Source: Methylophaga frappieri
Lineage (GTDB): Bacteria > Pseudomonadota > Gammaproteobacteria > Nitrosococcales > Methylophagaceae
Assembly (NCBI RefSeq): GCF_000260965.1
Contig: NC_017856.1
Coordinates: forward strand, 1,050,001 to 1,082,000
Direction: 5' to 3'
Length of the DNA: 32,000 nucleotides
This document shows, one piece after another, positions 8,017 through 16,893 of this stretch (the first letter of the stretch is position 1; each line of letters begins with the position of its first letter). The position numbers and the translations under genes were made by a program. Under the pieces are notes generated by a model that saw only the letters and a program-made list of their open reading frames with translations, made no database searches and was not told the origin of the DNA.

Positions 8017-10184
8017 TGACTAAGAAACAATTGCAAGACCCTTTCGCTGAGCGTGAAGCGCAGAAATACGATCATCCCATCGCCAGTCGCGAGATGATCC
8101 TGGCGCTTCTTAAAGATCTGAAAGCTCCCCTCTCACAGAAAAATATTGCCCGCCAACTTGGCATAAAAGGTGAAACTGACCTTGAAGCATTGCGCCGCCG
8201 GCTTCGAGCGATGGAGCGTGATGGTCAAATTTTGCGCAATCGCAAAAACGCCTACGGTGTGGTATCAAAAATGAATCTGGTCAGTGGTCGCGTTGCCGGC
8301 CATCCAGATGGGTTCGGTTTTCTCATTCCTGATGAAGGTGGTGAGGACCTATTTTTAAGTGAGCGCGAAATGCGCGTCGTTTTGCACGGTGACAAAGCAC
8401 TGGCAAGAGTCAGTGGTATTGATCGACGCGGGCGGCAGGAAGGCGCCATTGTTGAAGTTGTGCAGCGTGCCAACGAGAAGGTGGTTGGTCGCTTACACCA
8501 AGATGCCGGTTTCTATTATCTGGTGCCGCATAATCGCCGCATTAGTCAGGATATTCTGATTCAGCCACAGGATCTACTCGATGCAAAACCGGGGCAGATT
8601 GTCGAGGCTGCCATTACTGAACACCCTAATAAACATCGTTCGCCTCTTGGCAAAATCACTAACGTCCTGGGCGATCATATGGCGCCTGGTATGGAAATTG
8701 ACATCGCCCTGCGGAGTTTTGAATTACCGCATGAATGGTCATCCAATGCCCTTGCTCAAGCCAATGCGTTTGGTGAGCACATCCCCGAAACGGCTATTGA
8801 CGGGCGCCTTGATTTACGTGACATGCCACTGGTAACGATTGATGGCGCTGATGCCCGTGACTTTGATGATGCGGTTTACGCAGAAGCATTGGAAAATGGC
8901 CGCTGGAAGCTCTGGGTTGCGATAGCCGACGTTGCTTACTATGTGCGTCCTGATGATGCATTGGACAATACTGCCCAGGAACGTGCGACATCGGTCTACT
9001 TTCCGAGCCAGGTTATCCCGATGTTACCGGAAGCCTTATCAAATGGACTGTGCTCACTGAATCCAGCTGTTGACCGCTTATGCATGGCATGTGAAATGAC
9101 GCTTAATGCAAATGGAGAACTGGAGTCGTATCAATTTCATGAAGCGGTGATGAACTCCAAAGCCCGGCTGATTTACGAACAAGTCGCAGAAATAATCAGC
9201 ACACCCGATTCACCGCTACGGGAGAAATTCGCGGATGTCTTGCCCGGTCTCGACACCATGTACCGGTTGTTTAAAGTCATGCTTGCCGCTCGTGAAGCTC
9301 GAGGTGCTATTGACTTTGAAATGACTGAGACCCAGTTTTTCTTTGATGCACACCGTAAAATTGAACGCATTGAACCCCGCCAGCGCAACGATGCACATCG
9401 GCTCATCGAAGAATTTATGATCTGCGCCAATGTCGCCGCTGCAAGCTGCCTGCTGAAAAACAAGCTGCCAGCACTCTACCGTATTCACGAAACACCCTCA
9501 GAAGAAAAGCGCGACGCCTTGCGTGAATTTTTGGCGGAACTCGGTTTATTTTTAGGTGGCGGTGACGATCCCAAACCAGCGCATTACGCCTCATTATTAA
9601 AAACGGCCAGCAAAAGACCAGACAGTCACCTGCTGCAAACGGTCATGTTGCGCAGTATGAAACAAGCCGTGTACAGCCCGGAAAATATAGGCCACTTCGG
9701 TCTGGGGCTGGACGCCTACGCGCATTTCACCTCGCCCATTCGTCGGTATCCGGATCTTTTAGTACACCGGGCGCTGAAACACATTATTCATAAACAGAAA
9801 AAAGCGGCTTGGACTTATTCAGAAGAAGACATGGTACAACTTGGCGAACATTGCTCCATGGCCAGCCGCCGAGCCGATGAAGCCACCCGTGATGTCAGTG
9901 ACTGGCTCAAATGTGAATACATGCAGGAACGCGTTGGCGAAGTCCATGATGGCGTAATCAGTGGTGTTACTGGCTTTGGTCTATTTGTCGAACTGAGTGA
10001 TATTTACATCGAAGGTTTGATTCACGTGACCGCATTGAAAAACGACTATTACCAGTTTGATCCCATCGGGCACAGACTGCTCGGCGAACGCACACGAAAA
10101 GTCTATCGGCTGGGCGATAATCTCCGCGTCAAAGTCGTTAGAGTCGATCTCGATGAGCGAAAAATAGATCTGGAACTCGCCTGA
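8016..10184 (+). CDS. rnr: Ribonuclease R
   Basis: The N-terminus QDPFAEREAQKYDHPIASREMIL parallels E. coli RNase R (QDPFQEREAEKYANPIPSREFIL). The RNB catalytic region (IDGADARDFDDAVY) and a C-terminal S1 domain are present. At 722 aa the protein ends just after S1 and lacks the long basic tail of the E. coli enzyme. Confidence 0.93.
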   Translation: MTKKQLQDPFAEREAQKYDHPIASREMILALLKDLKAPLSQKNIARQLGIKGETDLEALRRRLRAMERDGQILRNRKNAYGVVSKMNLVSGRVAGHPDGFGFLIPDEGGEDLFLSEREMRVVLHGDKALARVSGIDRRGRQEGAIVEVVQRANEKVVGRLHQDAGFYYLVPHNRRISQDILIQPQDLLDAKPGQIVEAAITEHPNKHRSPLGKITNVLGDHMAPGMEIDIALRSFELPHEWSSNALAQANAFGEHIPETAIDGRLDLRDMPLVTIDGADARDFDDAVYAEALENGRWKLWVAIADVAYYVRPDDALDNTAQERATSVYFPSQVIPMLPEALSNGLCSLNPAVDRLCMACEMTLNANGELESYQFHEAVMNSKARLIYEQVAEIISTPDSPLREKFADVLPGLDTMYRLFKVMLAAREARGAIDFEMTETQFFFDAHRKIERIEPRQRNDAHRLIEEFMICANVAAASCLLKNKLPALYRIHETPSEEKRDALREFLAELGLFLGGGDDPKPAHYASLLKTASKRPDSHLLQTVMLRSMKQAVYSPENIGHFGLGLDAYAHFTSPIRRYPDLLVHRALKHIIHKQKKAAWTYSEEDMVQLGEHCSMASRRADEATRDVSDWLKCEYMQERVGEVHDGVISGVTGFGLFVELSDIYIEGLIHVTALKNDYYQFDPIGHRLLGERTRKVYRLGDNLRVKVVRVDLDERKIDLELA

Positions 10185-10199
10185 AACATGAGATTTTCC

Positions 10200-10227
10200 T
10201 TGACCCAATCGGCAAACACAGTAAAAT
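10200..10227 (+). promoter_or_regulatory. Candidate sigma-70 promoter upstream of tRNA-His
   Basis: TTGACC (10200-10205) is followed by a 16-nt spacer and then TAAAAT (10222-10227). It lies about 55 nt upstream of the tRNA. Confidence 0.35.
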
Positions 10228-10282
10228 TATGTCCTTTCCAAAACGCGCTGGCGACCAAACAAGCGCGGCATAAAGTTTCTGT

Positions 10283-10359
10283 GGTGAGTGTAGCTCAGTT
10301 GGTAGAGTCCCGGATTGTGATTCCGGTTGTCGTGGGTTCGAGCCCCATCACTCACCCCA
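10283..10359 (+). tRNA. tRNA-His (anticodon GTG) with the extra G-1
   Basis: G-GTGAGTG-TA-GCTCAGTTGGTAGAGT-CCGGATTGTGATTCCGG-TTGTC-GTGGGTTCGAGCCCCAT-CACTCAC-C-CCA. The cloverleaf is collinear with E. coli tRNA-His. Confidence 0.93.
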
Positions 10360-10379
10360 TTCTTTAATTTCCCCTCTGC

Positions 10380-11261
10380 ATGTCCCAATTGATTTTAGAA
10401 CAACAATTGCGCGATCAAGCGGTCGAGGAAATTGAGATCCAAATCCGCGAAAACACACTCGAACTTCCGCCCGCACCAAATCTGCTGACACGACTTAGCG
10501 TCTATACAACCGATGGTGACAGCCACATCAGTGACATCGCGGCTGTGTTAGATTCTGAACCAACGGTTCGTGAGCGACTTATCAACATTGCCAACAGCCC
10601 GACACTTGGCGCGCGCACCAATGTGACGAGTGTTCAAGGCGCCCTAACCCGGCTTGGCTTGTCACGTGTTCAAGCATTAGCGACCAGCATCGTATTAAAT
10701 GACTACTTGCAACGTCCGCCTTCAGCTATCCTGACCAGCCATTACAACCAAATGCGGCTTCGCAGCACAAAAGTCGCCGCCATCAGCTACGTCATTGCAG
10801 CAAAATATTCGCGTGTAGAAGCTGAAAAAGCGTTATTGGCCGGCTTAATCCATAACATTGGTAATGTGCCTTTACTGAAAGCCTTATCACTTCTTGATGC
10901 TGTCAAAGAAAAACCAACCCGATTTAACCCGTTACGCGATCGCATCATACCGCCTTATTATGCCGAAATTGGATATCAACTCCTCCTTTATTGGCAGCTT
11001 GAAGCCAGCCTGATATCAGCTACGCGTACGCATCAACACCTCGACCATAATCAGAGCAGTCAAATTGATGCTGACGATGTCGTCATTATTGCTTATCACC
11101 TCAGCCAAAGACTCGACTTAACGGATGTAGAAAACGTCCCATTTGCATTAGTAAACAGCGCGGCATTTCAAAAAATATGGCCGGATTGGCAAACCGCTAG
11201 CACAGATTTAGAGAATTACAGCGAAGAAATCCAACAAATTCAAAATGATATAGGTCGTTAA
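10380..11261 (+). CDS. HDOD domain signalling protein
   Basis: The motifs ...IANSPTLGA...V.SVQGALTRLGL..V..LA... and ...ALLAGLIHNIGNVPLL are characteristic of HDOD (HD-related output) domains. Confidence 0.7.
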   Translation: MSQLILEQQLRDQAVEEIEIQIRENTLELPPAPNLLTRLSVYTTDGDSHISDIAAVLDSEPTVRERLINIANSPTLGARTNVTSVQGALTRLGLSRVQALATSIVLNDYLQRPPSAILTSHYNQMRLRSTKVAAISYVIAAKYSRVEAEKALLAGLIHNIGNVPLLKALSLLDAVKEKPTRFNPLRDRIIPPYYAEIGYQLLLYWQLEASLISATRTHQHLDHNQSSQIDADDVVIIAYHLSQRLDLTDVENVPFALVNSAAFQKIWPDWQTASTDLENYSEEIQQIQNDIGR

Positions 11262-11290
11262 AATTTTATGACAATCCACGCCCGAATCGC

Positions 11291-11319
11291 TTGCACCCAC
11301 ATGACCACAACCGTATAAT
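11291..11319 (+). promoter_or_regulatory. Sigma-70 promoter for tRNA-Thr
   Basis: TTGCAC (11291-11296) is followed by a 17-nt spacer and a consensus TATAAT (11314-11319). The -10 element ends 12 nt before the tRNA 5' end. Confidence 0.65.
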
Positions 11320-11331
11320 GTGCAGCCTGTT

Positions 11332-11407
<76 letters not shown>

Positions 11408-11415
11408 AAATATAA

Positions 11416-11450
11416 AAAGCCCAGCATTTTTGCTGGGCTTTTTTGTTTTT
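11416..11450 (+). terminator. Rho-independent terminator after tRNA-Thr
   Basis: The stem is GCCCAGCA (11419-11426) pairing with TGCTGGGC (11431-11438) around a TTTT loop. It is followed by TTTTTTGTTTTT. Confidence 0.85.
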
Positions 11451-11661
11451 GACTACAACCAGCTTAGATGCTGACTAATCCCCTTTTCTTCTCCTCTCGC
11501 AACCGGCATTCATAAAACATTTTCAGGCGTGCTTACTAGATTGAAACCCATAGCGTTCAACCCTATCTACAGCTTCCTTTACACCAAACCCTAAAATTCC
11601 CGTATGTATCCTTCAGTCGCATGGTAAAACAGAGATGTCGGTTGATATCAATGCGAAGCTG

Positions 11662-14600
11662 CCCTTAAGCTGCCTATGCGGCAGTGAACTAACGGGCAAC
11701 GTATCGACCTGATATGCTGATTTTCTAAGCTGCCTGTGCGGCAGTGAACAGCATTTCTTTTTCTTGCTGTAGCTGCTTAATTTTCTAAGCTGCCTGTGCG
11801 GCAGTGAACGTTTCAAGAATGACAAACTTTGGTCGCCGGAATTTCTAAGCTGCCTGTGCGGCAGTGAACCAATATTGATCGGCCAATGATCGCCCTTCGT
11901 ATTTCTAAGCTGCCTGTGCGGCAGTGAACTGATACAGACTGGCTTTTTTCCGAGGGTCGCTTTTCTAAGCTGCCTGTGCGGCAGTGAACAACACAGTGTT
12001 CAGGGATGTGGTTGATCGCTATTTCTAAGCTGCCTGTGCGGCAGTGAACACCCCATCAGGTGGAACCTGACAGGGCTAAATTTTCTAAGCTGCCTGTGCG
12101 GCAGTGAACCATACTGCGAGACATTAAAAACACGGTGTTCATTTCTAAGCTGCCTGTGCGGCAGTGAACCGAGAGGGGCTTTCGCTCCTCTCTTTTTTTC
12201 ATTTCTAAGCTGCCTGTGCGGCAGTGAACCGAAGCCAAGCTGTTCAAGATGGTGACGTGTTTTTCTAAGCTGCCTGTGCGGCAGTGAACAATCTGGCGTT
12301 TTTCACAGCGATGGCCAGTGTTTTCTAAGCTGCCTGTGCGGCAGTGAACTGCAAAGATTAACATCATTCATGTTTAACATTTTTCTAAGCTGCCTGTGCG
12401 GCAGTGAACGTTGCCCTGATGGGCCTTTACCGCATTCGGCTTTTCTAAGCTGCCTGTGCGGCAGTGAACTAGTTCACCTTTCTCTGATGCCGCTGGATGC
12501 ATTTCTAAGCTGCCTGTGCGGCAGTGAACTTTCCTCTGAAAAATACCATTTACCTTTTTCTTTTCTAAGCTGCCTGTGCGGCAGTGAACTTCGTGCATTG
12601 CCAGGGTTTGAGGAAGACTTATTTCTAAGCTGCCTGTGCGGCAGTGAACCCGCGTTCCTCGGTGTTCATTAACCCATCACCTTTCTAAGCTGCCTGTGCG
12701 GCAGTGAACCAGAGATTGGGTCAGTGCAAATCGATTCAGGGTTTCTAAGCTGCCTGTGCGGCAGTGAACCGGTCAGTCAGCCGAGAAATCAGCGTCCTTA
12801 TTTTCTAAGCTGCCTGTGCGGCAGTGAACAGGGGATTGATTTTCGCGTTCGTGTGCTTGGTTTTCTAAGCTGCCTGTGCGGCAGTGAACAGGGGATTGAT
12901 TTTCGCGTTCGTGTGCTTGGTTTTCTAAGCTGCCTGTGCGGCAGTGAACGGGTTTGTTATTCATCATCAAAGCGTGATGGCTTTCTAAGCTGCCTGTGCG
13001 GCAGTGAACATGAGCAAGGGTAGCGGCAGAAGGCCGCAGCATTTCTAAGCTGCCTGTGCGGCAGTGAACACAGCCAATTATCGACATAACAGGCAGATGA
13101 TTTTCTAAGCTGCCTGTGCGGCAGTGAACAACGGCCTTGGTGCCAGTGGACTGAGATGTAATTTCTAAGCTGCCTGTGCGGCAGTGAACACAGCCAATTA
13201 TCGACATAACAGGCAGATGATTTTCTAAGCTGCCTGTGCGGCAGTGAACAACGGCCTTGGTGCCAGTGGACTGAGATGTAATTTCTAAGCTGCCTGTGCG
13301 GCAGTGAACGGGCTGCGGTCTTTGGCGTTGTCATCTTGACTTTTCTAAGCTGCCTGTGCGGCAGTGAACTTCCTTGCCGTTCAGATCCATGTCGCTGCAG
13401 CTTTCTAAGCTGCCTGTGCGGCAGTGAACGGAGTAACAGCAAAGAAACTCACGGGGGGGTATTTCTAAGCTGCCTGTGCGGCAGTGAACTGCAAATCCTG
13501 AAAACCATCGCCGACGATTGTTTTCTAAGCTGCCTGTGCGGCAGTGAACCATTGATTATCACAGCATAAGGACAATTTCATTTTCTAAGCTGCCTGTGCG
13601 GCAGTGAACCGTTTAGTGTTCGGATGGATAACTGACTGACTTTTCTAAGCTGCCTGTGCGGCAGTGAACTGCTGATGCTCGCGCTGGGCAGTGGGCTGAT
13701 ATTTCTAAGCTGCCTGTGCGGCAGTGAACACCGGCGGGGTGATTGCTGCCGGGTCTTATGATTTCTAAGCTGCCTGTGCGGCAGTGAACCGTTACGGTTC
13801 AGTCCGGTTCACCCGTATCACTTTCTAAGCTGCCTGTGCGGCAGTGAACGTACCGGACGCCAAGGAAGTCGAGGTCGATAATTTCTAAGCTGCCTGTGCG
13901 GCAGTGAACCTTAAAGGCTCTTACAACGAAGGATTTCACAATTTCTAAGCTGCCTGTGCGGCAGTGAACGGCAGAATCCCGACAACATGCAGACGCGACC
14001 ATTTCTAAGCTGCCTGTGCGGCAGTGAACTGGCGTGCCAGCTCAGCTGAGGTGCTGCGACATTTCTAAGCTGCCTGTGCGGCAGTGAACCCAGTAACAGC
14101 GCAGTATGGTTGCAAATAGACTTTCTAAGCTGCCTGTGCGGCAGTGAACGTCCTTCAGACAAAATTCGCGCTCGGCTTTGCTTTCTAAGCTGCCTGTGCG
14201 GCAGTGAACACAAGGTATTCCTGAGTTAATTAACGGTGTATTTTCTAAGCTGCCTGTGCGGCAGTGAACACTAAACAGCAGCTTGACCAATTATTTATAC
14301 TTTTCTAAGCTGCCTGTGCGGCAGTGAACGACGCGATTGAGGATGACACGGAACGGTTACTTTTCTAAGCTGCCTGTGCGGCAGTGAACGTTGTCATGGA
14401 TAGTTTTTATGTTGGCAGTTTTTTCTAAGCTGCCTGTGCGGCAGTGAACGAGTGTTTTCATTGCTGCCCCTCTGGTTTGTTTTTCTAAGCTGCCTGTGCG
14501 GCAGTGAACTCTCTCTGAGGATGATATTGAGATACTGATTATTTCTAAGCTGCCTGTGCGGCAGTGAACGCTAATGGAACCCATCAATAAGTTTCTTCAA

Positions 14601-15770
14601 TTTTCTAAGCTGCCTGTGCGGCAGTGAACTTATCAATAGTCGTTCCGGAGCTAGCGGATTATTTCTAAGCTGCCTGTGCGGCAGTGAACGTCACCCGCGC
14701 GCAAGAAGGCACCACTGCGCTTTTCTAAGCTGCCTGTGCGGCAGTGAACGCTAAAGCACGGCCAGCAGAAAACGCTGCGCTTTTCTAAGCTGCCTGTGCG
14801 GCAGTGAACATCATATGAAGTTGAAACCCGGACACGAAGCATTTCTAAGCTGCCTGTGCGGCAGTGAACGACTGGCTTGATTCGTTTCTTTTCGACGCTG
14901 ATTTCTAAGCTGCCTGTGCGGCAGTGAACCTCCACGTTTAATTGCCCCGTCAGCGGCTTAATTTCTAAGCTGCCTGTGCGGCAGTGAACGCGATGGCCTC
15001 AGCCGCCGGGCGAATTTGGTTTTTCTAAGCTGCCTGTGCGGCAGTGAACTGATGTTAAACCCGAAACAGTAAAAAAATGGTTTTCTAAGCTGCCTGTGCG
15101 GCAGTGAACAAAGTTAAGCTTCACGTTTCTGGTCACATTGAATTTCTAAGCTGCCTGTGCGGCAGTGAACCTGTTGTCAGATGGCAGTGGTATACAAGAT
15201 CATTTCTAAGCTGCCTGTGCGGCAGTGAACCAGCCTGTCTCTGGGGGCGCGGCGATGGACTGTTTCTAAGCTGCCTGTGCGGCAGTGAACTGTTTTTCGA
15301 ACTCAATGATTTGTTGTGACATTTTCTAAGCTGCCTGTGCGGCAGTGAACTATATTATGTTAAATAATAATTGTGAACATGATTTCTAAGCTGCCTGTGC
15401 GGCAGTGAACTTGTTGTGCGTAATTGCCGACGCCACCAGAGTTTTCTAAGCTGCCTGTGCGGCAGTGAACTTTCAGCAACGCGGAGCGGTTCACTTTCAC
15501 ATTTTCTAAGCTGCCTGTGCGGCAGTGAACATATTGGCAGAGGGTTTGTTGATAGGCTGATTTTTCTAAGCTGCCTGTGCGGCAGTGAACTACGCCCGGC
15601 TCGTTGAACTGGCCGTTGTCGATTTCTAAGCTGCCTGTGCGGCAGTGAACGTCTGGATAGTCTGAGCATAAATCTTGTTGTGTTTCTAAGCTGCCTGTGC
15701 GGCAGTGAACCTGACCTGTGAGAGAAAGAAGTTCAGCGTATTTTTCTAAGCTGCCTGTGCGGCAGTGAAC
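11662..15770 (-). CRISPR. Type I-F CRISPR array with 69 repeats and 68 spacers (65 unique)
   Basis: The 28-bp repeat TTTCTAAGCTGCCTGTGCGGCAGTGAAC (plus strand) is the reverse complement of GTTCACTGCCGCACAGGCAGCTTAGAAA, the canonical I-F repeat with the Cas6f hairpin CTGCCGCACAGGCAG. The period is a strict 60 bp: 67 spacers of 32 nt and one of 33 nt at 15110-15142. Sixty-eight repeats are identical. The repeat at 11662-11689 has 5 mismatches and marks the trailer end. The AT-rich leader and the cas genes lie at the high-coordinate end, so transcription is on the minus strand. Confidence 0.98.
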
Positions 15771-15927
15771 ACAACTATAAAGCATAAATTAGCAACTACA
15801 ACAATAAGTTAACCTTTAAATTGAGGATTTAACCATTATTTTTAGCTAATACTTTAACCTATTGATTAATAGTAAATTTTTTATGGCATGGAAAATTTGG
15901 TATTGAAGACCATCGCAAGCAGAGATT
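15771..15927 (-). promoter_or_regulatory. CRISPR leader (AT-rich) with a candidate IHF site
   Basis: This AT-rich sequence abuts the first, newest-end repeat. On the minus strand, AATCAATAGGTTA (15867-15855) fits the IHF consensus WATCAANNNNTTR about 85-97 bp from the first repeat. Confidence 0.55.
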
Positions 15928-15982
15928 TTGAAGGATCTGAAAAGCTATCGTTCTTCTTTGGCTCAAGATACCAAGCGTAGCA

Positions 15983-16141
15983 TCAAGCTGCGTAGGAAAT
16001 GTTTATATTCACGGTGTTACCAATGGCCGCAAGCATGTTCACTAAGCGATCTACCGTGCACTTCTCGATTTTACCTTTCATGGCATCGCTTAACCGGGGT
16101 TGGGTTGTACCCAATCTTTCAGCCGCTTTGATTGGATCATT
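15983..16141 (-). pseudogene. Remnant of an XRE/HigA-type helix-turn-helix antitoxin gene
   Basis: The minus-strand frame reads NDPIKAAERLGTTQPRLSDAMKGKIEKCTVDRLVNMLAAIGNTVNINISYAA*. This matches the conserved C-terminal two-thirds of small HTH antitoxins (..AAe.LGvtQPRvSdL.rGKi..fslD.Lv.ML...G..V.i). The frame is closed upstream by an in-frame TAA (16142-16144) and further stops, and there is no usable start codon. Confidence 0.5.
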
Positions 16142-16330
16142 TTAAATGGTACTCCAGATTTCGAAACAGCCTTCCAGCTTGAACACAGGTCGATTTCATA
16201 GCCTGTATGCCGCTTTTTATATCAGGCAACTGACAAAATCAGTGGCAGTGTTTCTCTTCAAATACGACTTTTTGTATGACAACCCTTGACGATCGTTTTA
16301 TATCGATTTTGATATAAAACCACCCCCCGA

Positions 16331-16882
16331 TTAAAACCACGGGATAGTTGCGGTTTTGGAGAGGCCGAACTGATCAAAGTCTCCATCAACAGGGTTATCA
16401 TGCAATGATCCAAACTCAATATAACGCCGATGCCGATGTCCATTTGAGCCACTGACCAATTCCACGTATGGATTATCCAACCCTTTGGTAAACATTTTGG
16501 CCTTGTAGTTTTTAGCTTCTGCCTCTGTGATAGAACCGCGTTTGATCAGCCGCTTCAGCTTTGCCGCACTCATCGTCGGTTGCTGACGCGAGATTGTGCG
16601 AAACTTCACATCTGCTGGAACTGACTGAATATCGCTGTTTTGACAATAAACACTCATCGACCCAATCCAGTTTCGACACTGGATCTTATCCAATGCCTCA
16701 GCGGTACCGTGTAGGCGCAGTGTATTGCCCAAAGTGAGATTATGGTTTGGGAAGCTGACACCGATGTCGGTGGATTGTGAGTCGCATAAGGCTTTATGGA
16801 GCTTGGTGTAAATAGCATTCATCAGTACCGTTTCTTTAAATTCCGGATCGGGCAAGATGTGAATATCAAGGTAATAGTTCAT
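16331..16882 (-). CDS. cas6f: CRISPR endoribonuclease Cas6f (Csy4)
   Basis: The N-terminus MNYYLDIHILPDPEF parallels P. aeruginosa Csy4 (MDHYLDIRLRPDPEF). It is 183 aa and is the last gene of the csy operon, next to the array. Confidence 0.93.
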   Translation of the reverse strand: MNYYLDIHILPDPEFKETVLMNAIYTKLHKALCDSQSTDIGVSFPNHNLTLGNTLRLHGTAEALDKIQCRNWIGSMSVYCQNSDIQSVPADVKFRTISRQQPTMSAAKLKRLIKRGSITEAEAKNYKAKMFTKGLDNPYVELVSGSNGHRHRRYIEFGSLHDNPVDGDFDQFGLSKTATIPWF

Positions 16883-16893
16883 ATCATCACCTG

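Noticed and set aside
8252-10208. Multiple 60-96-aa ORFs inside and antisense to rnr, and similar internal ORFs in cas2-3, cas8f, cas7f, cheV, the EAL gene and the PQQ dehydrogenase gene.
   Set aside because: They are nested within long ORFs that have clear family motifs. They have no independent start signals or recognisable domains.
11602-11630. A possible additional decayed repeat one unit beyond the degenerate terminal repeat.
   Set aside because: Only about 9 of 20 positions match the repeat core and the register is off by one. That is indistinguishable from chance.
13430-14790. Spacer pairs sharing short strings at the same offset: AGTAACAGC in the spacers at 13430 and 14090, and CTGCGCT at the ends of the spacers at 14690 and 14750.
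   Set aside because: Matches of 7-9 nt among 68 spacers are plausible by chance. Without protospacer searches, nothing links them to a common target.
11613-15785. About 20 ORFs of 60-160 aa on both strands across the array, with recurring peptides HCRTGSLE, LPHRQLRK and FLSCLCGSE.
   Set aside because: These are translations of the 28-bp CRISPR repeat in different frames. The 60-bp period equals 20 codons, which keeps frames open by chance. They are not genes.
15928-16131. A 67-aa plus-strand ORF between the leader and cas6f.
   Set aside because: It is antisense to the clearly recognisable HTH-antitoxin remnant and has no RBS. The minus-strand frame carries the homology signal.
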